A DNA stretch of 64,000 bases, from positions 96,001 to 160,000 of the IMG/VR virus record IMGVR_UViG_3300014613_000001; one strand, given 5' to 3'. The notes beneath the pieces were generated by a model. It searched no databases, was not told the DNA's origin, and worked only from the letters and a program-made list of their open reading frames with translations. Below are positions 53,759 to 61,860 of the stretch, one piece after another. The position numbers and the translations under genes are program-made. Position 1 is the stretch's first letter. Each line of letters opens with the position of its first letter. This DNA comes from a virus.

Positions 53759-54265
53759 ATGAGCAGCAAGTACGAGAGCATTGGTCGGGGAACGACGAGA
53801 GCGATTCTGCGTCGTCACGCTAGCAGCGAGGAACAAAGTTTGCAAAGTCCGCAGGATGAAACGAGTGATCAGCTTCGTGAGGAGATGAACTACATATACG
53901 CTGCACTGGATGAAATCATATCGGCGAATGCCCGGGCCCGGCACGAGGGTCGCGACTCAGCTGTGACGCAGCATATGACCGTGCTGGCTCGAGGTGGTTT
54001 TGCCGCGCTCGAGTACGCCCGGACGTATTTCATGCTCCTCAACGATACTCGGATCGATTCCGAGAGGCAAAAGTCCGAACAGGTCAAGAAGGACCGTCTG
54101 CTTCATCAAGCGATGGGCCTTCTGGTCACTGTTTGTGGAAAGGAGCGCGTGCCAGCTGAGTGGAGAAGGGATCTGGCGGCATTCATTGACGAACACGCCG
54201 TCGTCAAGTCAGAGGATTTCATTGACGAACACGCCGTCGTCAAGTCAGAGGATGCCGATGCCTGA
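53759..54265 (+). CDS. Hypothetical protein
   Basis: 168-aa ORF. Confidence 0.5.
   Translation: MSSKYESIGRGTTRAILRRHASSEEQSLQSPQDETSDQLREEMNYIYAALDEIISANARARHEGRDSAVTQHMTVLARGGFAALEYARTYFMLLNDTRIDSERQKSEQVKKDRLLHQAMGLLVTVCGKERVPAEWRRDLAAFIDEHAVVKSEDFIDEHAVVKSEDADA
54182..54253 (+). repeat. Perfect 36-bp tandem duplication (FIDEHAVVKSED x2)
   Basis: TTCATTGACGAACACGCCGTCGTCAAGTCAGAGGAT twice. Confidence 0.97.
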
Positions 54266-54698
54266 CTTGGTAGTGAGGGTTGAAAGTCCTGGCCAGCCCA
54301 AGGAGAGCTACCGGGACAGTCCGTTGACCCAAGAATTATCGTCCATGGATCAGCTTCGGGTAGATGTCGACGACCTGCGGAAGAAGAACGGAAGTCTCAC
54401 GCTGAGAGTTGCTAAACTCGAGAGCCGAACCTCAGGACTGGGCGAAGACATACTGCGCCTATCTGGTTCCCGGGTGCAGTCTCCGATAGGCCGAGCGATA
54501 TTCCTGCTCGTCAGCGTGATTGTCATGGCGGTCTGCATGATCGTCATGGAGATCGCGCTTCTTTTCGCGTTCAGTAGAATCGACTGGGAGGGTTCGGGCG
54601 GCTTTGAGTACATCGTCTACACTATCTGCGGAGCAAGCTGTCTTGCACTCTCCATAGCCGCATGGACCAAGCTCCACGACATGCTCGCAAAGCGCTAG
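54258..54698 (+). CDS. Membrane protein (coiled coil plus two TM helices)
   Basis: AIFLLVSVIVMAVCMIVMEIALLFAF; YIVYTICGASCLALSIAAW. Confidence 0.6.
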   Translation: MPDLVVRVESPGQPKESYRDSPLTQELSSMDQLRVDVDDLRKKNGSLTLRVAKLESRTSGLGEDILRLSGSRVQSPIGRAIFLLVSVIVMAVCMIVMEIALLFAFSRIDWEGSGGFEYIVYTICGASCLALSIAAWTKLHDMLAKR

Positions 54699-54713
54699 AT
54701 CAGCAGGTGCAAT

Positions 54714-55406
54714 GTGACGAACGAGAATTGTCTGAGGGGATTCGAGTGCCCTGAGTGTGGTCACACCGATAAGTTCTACATCGAATGCACTGTCGTCATG
54801 GCTGTGTATGATGACGGGGCCAATGAGACGACGAGTGATGTGGAGTGGAACGATACGTCATACTGTCGTTGTGCACTGTGCGACCACTTTTCTACAGTAC
54901 GCGAGTTCGTTGAAAAGGAGGAGAAGGATGAGCTCGCAGAGTATGACAACTTCGAGGAGTGCGATGGGGATGACGTGTGGTGTGAGGAAGGTACTCATAG
55001 CGTCATCGGAGAGGCTGATGACGATGAGCAGCTCCCAACATACGTTCTGACATCAGACGGCGTGTCGTTCAAGCCAGGTAAGATCATTACCGAACGCTGG
55101 GACCTCCCACCCTCACTCACTGTGTCGAAATGTCTTACCATTCGACCGGAGGCCCGTACCTACCTGTGTGAGCACGACATAGACATCCCTCCGCAGGCTG
55201 AGGTCTATGTGTGGCGTGAGCACGGGAGTAGCCGTAGGCTGGACTCTGGCGACATCTATGACTCGATGGAGCGTAGAGTGTTTCTGGCCGGGACGAAGGG
55301 TGAGTTCTACTTCGTCGATCTTGAACCACATGCGAACTGGGCGCACCCTTGCTTGTACGTTTTTGTGGAGGAGGATCACGATGGCAACAAAGACAACCGG
55401 AGCTGA
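54714..55406 (+). CDS. Multi-domain hypothetical protein with N-terminal Zn ribbon
   Basis: CPEC...CALC. Confidence 0.55.
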   Translation: MTNENCLRGFECPECGHTDKFYIECTVVMAVYDDGANETTSDVEWNDTSYCRCALCDHFSTVREFVEKEEKDELAEYDNFEECDGDDVWCEEGTHSVIGEADDDEQLPTYVLTSDGVSFKPGKIITERWDLPPSLTVSKCLTIRPEARTYLCEHDIDIPPQAEVYVWREHGSSRRLDSGDIYDSMERRVFLAGTKGEFYFVDLEPHANWAHPCLYVFVEEDHDGNKDNRS

Positions 55407-55734
55407 GTTCAAACGCTGGTACACCGGACCCTACTGGGAAGGCAACGGGATGTGGCATGAAGAGGAAATAATCACAGTCAACGGCGGGGAAGTGGGAGAG
55501 CTCGACTCCGATTTGAACAGTGTAGAGGACACAGATGTGCTCACGATCTCAGGGGGGATCATCTATGACGATGACGCCATCCCTTATGACCCTGAAAACT
55601 CCAAGGACTTCGAGAAGGAGTTTCGAAAATGGAGGAAGCAGCAGAATTTCGTGATCCTGCTGGTGCAAGTGCCGAAGAGCTTCGAGGGTGAGCTGAGAGA
55701 CTACTTGAAGACTCTGAAAGGGAAAGTGCTATGA
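55381..55734 (+). CDS. Hypothetical protein
   Basis: RBS GGAGGA. Confidence 0.55.
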   Translation: MATKTTGAEFKRWYTGPYWEGNGMWHEEEIITVNGGEVGELDSDLNSVEDTDVLTISGGIIYDDDAIPYDPENSKDFEKEFRKWRKQQNFVILLVQVPKSFEGELRDYLKTLKGKVL

Positions 55735-55973
55735 CGGACAACGAAAGGGCACAGGAGTACGCCAACGGAAACGAGGAGTTCGCTGAGTGGTTGGACGAGC
55801 TTGACAAGTTGGTCTCAGACAGGATCACGGTCGGCTTGTTTGATCTCGAGGACATGTGCCTCTGGGATGAGTGGGAGGCAGGGAGTTCCCCCGAGGACAC
55901 GATGCGCGAGCTCGTTGCTCCAACGGTCGATCAGAACTACGGGGTCGAGTACGGGGATTTGCTGAGGAGCTGA
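55731..55973 (+). CDS. Acidic hypothetical protein
   Basis: ATGA overlap. Confidence 0.5.
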   Translation: MTDNERAQEYANGNEEFAEWLDELDKLVSDRITVGLFDLEDMCLWDEWEAGSSPEDTMRELVAPTVDQNYGVEYGDLLRS

Positions 55974-55980
55974 GAACGGA

Positions 55981-56406
55981 GTGATCATGTACGAAGTTAG
56001 GTCGTTTTCAAGTGCCGAAGAGTTGTTTGAGGAACTCAGGAAAAACAAAGAGCAGTCTGACAGTCTGATTGTCCCATGGCAGCGGGAGGTCAAGCCCGGT
56101 GACCGTGTGATCAGATACGAAGAGGGTCTGGTCATCTACGGCCGGATTACCGACCCCGTGGAGGAGGACAGGAAGTATTATTCCGACCCGGATCATGATC
56201 CGGAGTTTCTGAGTATTAGGGCGTACTTCACGTCTCCTTCTTGGACAGGGTCCTACCGGTACGGCTGGTTCTACTCGGCGATGTGTCCAGAGGGAGAGCC
56301 CGGCTCCATTCCTCTCGCGACCATAGCTAAGGTGATCGACGAAGCGACCTTTGAAGCAGCGAAGGAGGCTGGCTGGCCGAGCACGCCGCCTGCGGGCAGA
56401 GCATGA
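55981..56406 (+). CDS. Hypothetical protein
   Basis: 141-aa ORF. Confidence 0.55.
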   Translation: MIMYEVRSFSSAEELFEELRKNKEQSDSLIVPWQREVKPGDRVIRYEEGLVIYGRITDPVEEDRKYYSDPDHDPEFLSIRAYFTSPSWTGSYRYGWFYSAMCPEGEPGSIPLATIAKVIDEATFEAAKEAGWPSTPPAGRA

Positions 56407-56648
56407 CCCGCTTTGTCGTGTGCATCGACTTCTACGGCGTCGACGGTGTAGGAGAGGCATACCGGCGGCTCCGAAAGGTCATGGAGGCCGGGCACAAACA
56501 AGGTTTACAGTTCGAGTGGGAGACTTCAGACGAGGCGTACTACGACACCGGAGATCGTATCGACGAAGACGAGCTTCAGCAGGCTATCGTCGAGGTACTG
56601 GACGAAGAAGGTGTAGACGAGGAGTGTGCACCGATCCTTGAGGAGTAG
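56403..56648 (+). CDS. Acidic hypothetical protein
   Basis: ATGA overlap. Confidence 0.5.
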   Translation: MTRFVVCIDFYGVDGVGEAYRRLRKVMEAGHKQGLQFEWETSDEAYYDTGDRIDEDELQQAIVEVLDEEGVDEECAPILEE

Positions 56649-56651
56649 GTG

Positions 56652-56948
56652 ATGGGCTATCAGAGTTGTGCATGCCCGGGCTGCTTCGAGATCGTGATCA
56701 GCAGCGGAGGTCTCGATTTCTGTGATGAGTGCGGCGAGGCAGGCTGTGCTGATCGGTGGGCACTAAATGGCGATCCCGAAGATCACCCAGAGATGTGGGT
56801 GTCAGATGATGGCACGCTGTTCAACATCGAAAAGTACACTCAGCAGCTCGAAGAAGATCAGGGGGCGGAGTGCTTGATCGAACGGTGTGCGTGTGGTGGA
56901 AACCTGAGTAGGGGAGAGTGTTACTGCGAGGAGGTCTGTTGGCCATGA
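56652..56948 (+). CDS. Cys-rich hypothetical protein
   Basis: RBS AGGAG; multiple CxxC. Confidence 0.5.
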   Translation: MGYQSCACPGCFEIVISSGGLDFCDECGEAGCADRWALNGDPEDHPEMWVSDDGTLFNIEKYTQQLEEDQGAECLIERCACGGNLSRGECYCEEVCWP

Positions 56949-56994
56949 TGGTGCGCCGCAGGCACTGAAGAGAGCAGCTGAGGAGCGAGAGAAG

Positions 56995-57240
56995 ATGAGA
57001 GTGCTGAAAAAGGGGCGTACTCAGACGGGTTGGTCCAAGAAGGCAAAGTGTACTGGGTGTGGAAATGGCGGCGGAGGATGCGGCGCGGAGCTCCTCGTGT
57101 CAGCGGGTGATCTGTACTATACGTACAGTCATGCTCGAGATGAGACTGATCAGTACACGACCTTCCGCTGTCCCGACTGCGGCGTACAAACGGATATGGT
57201 GGGGGTACCAGGATCAGTAGAGGTCAGGAACAAAGAATGA
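56995..57240 (+). CDS. Zn-ribbon protein
   Basis: CTGC...CPDC. Confidence 0.55.
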   Translation: MRVLKKGRTQTGWSKKAKCTGCGNGGGGCGAELLVSAGDLYYTYSHARDETDQYTTFRCPDCGVQTDMVGVPGSVEVRNKE

Positions 57241-57518
57241 CAGTGTGTGTGAGGTGCGGCTTAGTAACGGACGGTGTTTCACTATGCACACCGTGTATGG
57301 ACGTCATCAAGAACGAGAGGTATGAGGAACGGTGGGTCGACAATATCATCTACGGCCTGCGGATCATGCAGCGACATGGTGACGTCGATATAGGGGCGGC
57401 GCACGATGTGCTCTTCGCTGGGATAGCGGATGCCGAGGGCATTCCGGAGGCGGATCAAAAGATACTGAGAAAGCTGAACTGGAGGACGGAGCTCGAGGGC
57501 TGGGCAGTCTACCTGTAG
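57237..57518 (+). CDS. Hypothetical protein
   Basis: ATGA overlap; CVRC...CTPC. Confidence 0.5.
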   Translation: MTVCVRCGLVTDGVSLCTPCMDVIKNERYEERWVDNIIYGLRIMQRHGDVDIGAAHDVLFAGIADAEGIPEADQKILRKLNWRTELEGWAVYL

Positions 57519-57528
57519 GAGAAGACAG

Positions 57529-58224
57529 ATGGGATGTGACATTCACTGCTACGTTGAGGTACGCGGCAGCGACGGAAAATGGCAGTTCACGGACGACGGG
57601 TACTTTGCACGGCGACCAGATTATGGAGCAAATGATATAGGCACCCTCAAGGCGTGATGGAATGACAGGCCGAAGTATCTCTATGAAGGGAGAAACTATA
57701 ATCTCTTCTCCATCTTGGCAAATGTACGGAACGGGTATGGTTTTGCCGGCTTCAGGACCGGAGATGGGTTTGTGCCAATCTTCAATCCCCGCGGCGTGCC
57801 CGAGGACGCAAGCCCTGAGTTTGTGGAGATCTCGGACGGGTGGGGTGGCGATGGGCACAGTCACAGCTACCTTACCGTTCGGGAGTTGCTCGACTATGAT
57901 TGGGATCAACAAACCCGGCTATGTGGCTGGGTTGGCGAGGAAGAATACGTCAAGTGGCGTGATAAAGGATCACCGAGCAGCTGGGTCGGTGGCATTTCTG
58001 GCCAATGTGTCAAGCACGTAACAAACGAGGAGATGGAACAGCATATCTGCGAGAAGCAGGCTCACGTACCTCAGGCTCACAGTGCCGACGCTGTGTTTAC
58101 AGAGGTCTCCTGGGGTACCTCGTATCGGGAGTGTGCTTCTGTGTTCTTGGAAGAGACCCTGCCCGCCCTCCAAGAACTCGGTCCGTCCAAAGATGTACGG
58201 ATCGTTTTCTTCTTCGACAATTGA
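57529..58224 (+). pseudogene. Phage hypothetical gene (MGCDIH... type) interrupted by one in-frame TGA at 57655-57657
   Basis: ATG 57529 with RBS AGGAG; same frame continues after the TGA into ORF 57715-58224. Confidence 0.7.
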
Positions 58225-58233
58225 TCTGTTCTC

Positions 58234-58264
58234 ATACCAGCTGGGAGGTTTAGTGATCCTAGAC
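58234..58264 (+). repeat. 31-bp hairpin element B2
   Basis: ATACCAGCTGGGAGGTTTAGTGATCCTAGAC; shares the upstream AATTGATCTGTTCTC with B1. Confidence 0.9.
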
Positions 58265-58313
58265 CCCACGCCACGACACCTACCCTCGTTCATCACCAAC
58301 AAAGGAGAAAATC

Positions 58314-60323
58314 ATGTTCAAAGAATTCAAGATTGCCATAGAGCGACAGTTCGAGTTGATGAAGGGTCATCAGCTCTTCCGCACAGAAGTGGAGAAAGAA
58401 CTCCTGTGGCTCACCTACCTCGAGAGCTTCCCTCCGGGAACCAATCCACAGTACAAAGAACGCACCGAGTACGACTGCCAGGCGTGCAAGAGCTTCATCC
58501 GCGCCGTGGGCAGCATGGTTGCCGTCATCGACGGTGAGCTGGTCTCCCTGTGGGACGTGGAGGTGAACCGCCCCTACGACAAGGTGGCCGCGGAGTTGTC
58601 GGAGCTTGCGAAGAGCGCTCCGATCAAGAACATCCTACTTCACGATTCCGCTTTGGTCGGTGTCGACAAGAACTTTCAGGATCTCGATGGGGAGATACTG
58701 ACCTGGGAGCACTTCTACCTCAAGCTCCCACCGTCCTGTGTCAATAATGATCGTGGAGCCGTTTACGCGGACAAGCGATCGCAGAAGGATGTCTTCGCTC
58801 GGTCGCTTCAAGAGATCACTATCGACGCCCTCGAGACCGTGGTCGATCTCATCGGGCAGAACTCGCTCTATCGGGGGGAGGAGCATCTGCACTCGGTGCA
58901 ATCGTTCCAGAAGGAGAAGAAGGCCTACGACAAGCTCGAGACCCCTCGGGCACAAGAGCTCTTCTGCTGGCGGCAGGATCTGGGCCCGGCAGTTACGAGG
59001 ATCCGTAGCTCTGCCATCGGCACGTTGCTGGTTGACCTCTCGGAGGGCGAGGATTTGGACGCCGCGGTACGGATGTTCGAGTCCAAGGTGGCTCCCTCCA
59101 ACTACAAGCGTCCCAAGTCTATCGTGACCAAAGCCATGATCGAGCGCGCTCGTAAGACCGTGGAGGAGCTTGGCTATGGTACGGCCCTCGGTCGTCGGTT
59201 CGCGGTCATTGACGACATCACGGTTGACAACGTGCTGTTCGCGAATCGCAACGCGCGGATCAGTATGAGCACCGACGTCTTTGACGATATGATCTCCGAG
59301 ACGCCTGGGGATACGAAGCACCTCGACAGGGTCGAAAAGGTCGACATCAACGTCTTCCTCGAGAACATCCTCCCGAAGGCGACCTCGGTCGAGCTGCTGC
59401 TCGAGGGTCGTCACAGCGGCAACTTGGTGAACCTGGTCGCCCCGAGCGATCCAGAGTCCAAGCTGCTCTTCAAGTGGACCAACAACTTTTCATGGGCCTA
59501 CGCGGGGGATCTGGCTGATTCGATCAAGGAAAGAGTCAAAGCGCGGGGCGGCAGTGTGACTGGCGATTTCCGCGCTTCGCTGGCGTGGTTCAACTCTGAC
59601 GACCTGGATCTTCACCTGATTGAGCCTAGTGGATTCCGCATCTACTTCGGAAACAAAGGCTCCCCCGCAACGGGCGGTACACTAGATGTAGACATGAACG
59701 TCTACGCGTCGGGTCTAGGGTTCTCCCGAAACGCTGTCGAGAATATCACCTACGAATCCCGGAGCAGGATGCGCAGCGGAGTGTACAAGCTCATTGTCAA
59801 CAACTACACGCATCGAGAACACATCGACGTGGGGTTCGAGGTCGAGCTCGAGTTCGACGGTCGGATCACGACTTTCGCCTGTAACCGAGAGGTCCGTTAT
59901 AAGGAGGACGTGGTGGTGGCGGTCTTCTCCTATTCACCGAGCGAGGGCATCAAGATTCTGCAGTCTCTGCCGATGCAGAGCGTCTCGAGGACGCTGTGGA
60001 ATCTACCGACCGAGAAGTTCCACCCCGTCACCATCGCTCTGCTGTCGCCCAACCACTGGGATAACCGTCCCACCGGCAACAAGCACTACTTCTTCATGTT
60101 GCAGGATTGCAAACGGGAAGGAAGCTCGAGGGGCTTCTTCAATGAGCAGCTCTCGGATGATCTTCGAGAACATAGAAAGGTGTTCGAGATTCTCGGGGCC
60201 AAGATGAGGACAGAGGAGGAGGGCGAGCAGCTCAGCGGGCTCGGCTTCTCTTCAACACAGCGGAGCAGCGTGTACGCCAAGGTGACTGGTTCGTTCACCC
60301 GAATCGTCAATGTCACGTTCTAG
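58314..60323 (+). CDS. Large conserved phage hypothetical protein (C-terminal DLDLH / YfaP-DUF2135-like domain)
   Basis: 669 aa; LAWFNSDDLDLHL...LDVDMN...VENI motif. Confidence 0.6.
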   Translation: MFKEFKIAIERQFELMKGHQLFRTEVEKELLWLTYLESFPPGTNPQYKERTEYDCQACKSFIRAVGSMVAVIDGELVSLWDVEVNRPYDKVAAELSELAKSAPIKNILLHDSALVGVDKNFQDLDGEILTWEHFYLKLPPSCVNNDRGAVYADKRSQKDVFARSLQEITIDALETVVDLIGQNSLYRGEEHLHSVQSFQKEKKAYDKLETPRAQELFCWRQDLGPAVTRIRSSAIGTLLVDLSEGEDLDAAVRMFESKVAPSNYKRPKSIVTKAMIERARKTVEELGYGTALGRRFAVIDDITVDNVLFANRNARISMSTDVFDDMISETPGDTKHLDRVEKVDINVFLENILPKATSVELLLEGRHSGNLVNLVAPSDPESKLLFKWTNNFSWAYAGDLADSIKERVKARGGSVTGDFRASLAWFNSDDLDLHLIEPSGFRIYFGNKGSPATGGTLDVDMNVYASGLGFSRNAVENITYESRSRMRSGVYKLIVNNYTHREHIDVGFEVELEFDGRITTFACNREVRYKEDVVVAVFSYSPSEGIKILQSLPMQSVSRTLWNLPTEKFHPVTIALLSPNHWDNRPTGNKHYFFMLQDCKREGSSRGFFNEQLSDDLREHRKVFEILGAKMRTEEEGEQLSGLGFSSTQRSSVYAKVTGSFTRIVNVTF

Positions 60324-60405
60324 TCTGAGATCAATAAGCCTCTCAGCTGGCATTAGCAAATCCTGATCAGAGCTTATGCTCGTCAGGTACATTGTCAATA
60401 AAAAA
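60323..60405 (-). repeat. 83-bp element A2
   Basis: 82/83 identical to A1; begins in the TAG stop of the upstream gene. Confidence 0.92.
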
Positions 60406-60410
60406 CATGT

Positions 60411-60441
60411 ATGCCTGCTGGGAGGCTTAGTGATCCCAGAC
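60411..60441 (+). repeat. 31-bp hairpin element B3
   Basis: ATGCCTGCTGGGAGGCTTAGTGATCCCAGAC. Confidence 0.9.
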
Positions 60442-60487
60442 TATAGGAGAAAACGCGTGTGTCTGAGACCAGAAGGAGAGAGAGAAC

Positions 60488-60709
60488 ATGAGTGAACGTG
60501 CGCCAGATGGCATGAGCAGGGAAACATGGGAAGCCGTCGTCTCAGACGGGTTTGGTGTGGCGATCAAGAATGATGCCGGGCAGTGGGTGAGGGTCGATCC
60601 GAAGTCGGTCTTCATCTACGATGCTCGTCAGGAGGAGCCCCACTTCTATGGCGATGACGGACCACCCGGCCGGGTAATCAGGGACAGGAGCTGGGGAGGA
60701 ACCGAGTAG
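60488..60709 (+). CDS. Hypothetical protein
   Basis: Preceded by GGAGAGAGAGAACATG. Confidence 0.5.
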   Translation: MSERAPDGMSRETWEAVVSDGFGVAIKNDAGQWVRVDPKSVFIYDARQEEPHFYGDDGPPGRVIRDRSWGGTE

Positions 60710-60726
60710 ATTCCCCAGCAGAGAAA

Positions 60727-60748
60727 GAGAGAGAGAGAGAGAGAGAGA
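60727..60748 (+). repeat. (GA)11 microsatellite in ribosome-binding region
   Basis: Ends 2 nt before ATG 60751. Confidence 0.95.
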
Positions 60749-60750
60749 AC

Positions 60751-61272
60751 ATGAGTGAAGAGATCAGCCCGATTGGACCGATGAGAGTGCAACTAGAGAA
60801 GGACGATTATACGTTCCCCCTGAAAAACGTTGTCCCGTGGGAGGACTGGAAGAAGATCACGGAGACCATTCCCGAGGATATGTGCTGGCGTAAATCAGCA
60901 CTGCGTCAGAATGGGGTGTTCGACAGCTTGAAGCTCGGTAACGCTGTTGCGTGTTCGAGTCACACATCCAAGAGCTGCAAGCTGCCCGTGGTTCGAGGGG
61001 TCGTGGCGCCCGGGGTCGTCGTGATCATCCGGGGTAATTTCTATGACTGGAAAGTTAGTGTCATCAGCGATCATCCTCTCCCGGGGATCGACGACACCTA
61101 CCTCTTCGAACCAGAGACGCATCACAGGTCCGTCTACTTCGAGGGCTTCGATAATGCCTGGTGCTTCGGCAGCTACAAGAACAATCAGCAGCAGTTCTCG
61201 GTAGAGCTCGAGTATGACCCACTGCGGCTGTACACTTTCGTTCGAGAACTGCGCCGCGTCAGTACCCGCTGA
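60751..61272 (+). CDS. Hypothetical protein
   Basis: 173-aa ORF. Confidence 0.6.
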   Translation: MSEEISPIGPMRVQLEKDDYTFPLKNVVPWEDWKKITETIPEDMCWRKSALRQNGVFDSLKLGNAVACSSHTSKSCKLPVVRGVVAPGVVVIIRGNFYDWKVSVISDHPLPGIDDTYLFEPETHHRSVYFEGFDNAWCFGSYKNNQQQFSVELEYDPLRLYTFVRELRRVSTR

Positions 61273-61281
61273 CCAACGCGT

Positions 61282-61312
61282 ATGCCAGCTGGGAGGCTTA
61301 GTGATCCCAGAC
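61282..61312 (+). repeat. 31-bp hairpin element B4
   Basis: ATGCCAGCTGGGAGGCTTAGTGATCCCAGAC, 9 nt after stop codon. Confidence 0.9.
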
Positions 61313-61370
61313 GGGACCCCGCAGTCGGCCTCCGCCCTACCTAAATAGTGATCGGGAGGTACCGTGAACA

Positions 61371-61757
61371 ATGGAAGATAAATACCGGGACTGGATCGAC
61401 GCGAATGTAGACGACGATGGGTTCGGGCTCTGCCAAGAGTATGCAGAGTTGATGGCAGGGGAATTCCCTGAGCTCAGGGCCGTCTATGGATACTACAATA
61501 TCGATGACCGGTCGTTTCCGCACTGCTGGTGTGTGGACACAGACGGAAATGTCATAGATCCGACCGTAGAGCAGTTTGGAACCGGCGGCCAGTATGTACA
61601 GAAGAGGAACATCACCGACATACCAGATCAACTGCGTAAGATCGCTCACGAGGCGGCCAAGCTCATCGTGAGCGAAGATAAAGCAGGAACTGTGTACGAG
61701 GCATGGCTCGTGCTCTGCATCATCCGGAATTTCGAGAAATTGATCGCGCGAGAGTAG
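61371..61757 (+). CDS. Hypothetical protein
   Basis: GLC...M...FPEL...GYY...HCWC...VIDPT pattern. Confidence 0.55.
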   Translation: MEDKYRDWIDANVDDDGFGLCQEYAELMAGEFPELRAVYGYYNIDDRSFPHCWCVDTDGNVIDPTVEQFGTGGQYVQKRNITDIPDQLRKIAHEAAKLIVSEDKAGTVYEAWLVLCIIRNFEKLIARE

Positions 61758-61767
61758 ACCGTGTGAT

Positions 61768-61850
61768 CTCTGAGATCGATAAGCCCCTCAGATGGCATTA
61801 GCAAATCTTGATCAGAGCTTACACGCGTCAGGTGCGTTGTCAACAAAAAG
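61768..61850 (-). repeat. 83-bp element A3 (diverged)
   Basis: About 71/83 identical to A2; TTGACA and TAAGCT conserved. Confidence 0.88.
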
Positions 61851-61860
61851 GGAGAAGAAC

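Larger units (their letters stand above)
60323..60441. mobile_element. 119-bp MITE-like unit (A2+B3) with 31-bp imperfect terminal inverted repeats, TA on both flanks
   Basis: TIRs 27/31 complementary; TA at 60321-60322 and 60442-60443. Confidence 0.45.

Noticed and set aside
56950-56990. CTGAAGAG near 56968 as a second hammerhead
   Set aside because: No stem II followed by GAAA.
61282-61345. B4 plus downstream sequence as an HDV-like or pistol ribozyme
   Set aside because: A GGAGGC/GCCTCC pairing exists, but L3 length, P1.1 and P4 geometry do not fit, and the downstream part is not conserved among copies.
46152-61850. A/B repeats as a CRISPR array
   Set aside because: Copies are hundreds to thousands of bases apart, in both orientations, with no regular spacers and no cas genes in the window; kept only as a solitary-repeat hypothesis.
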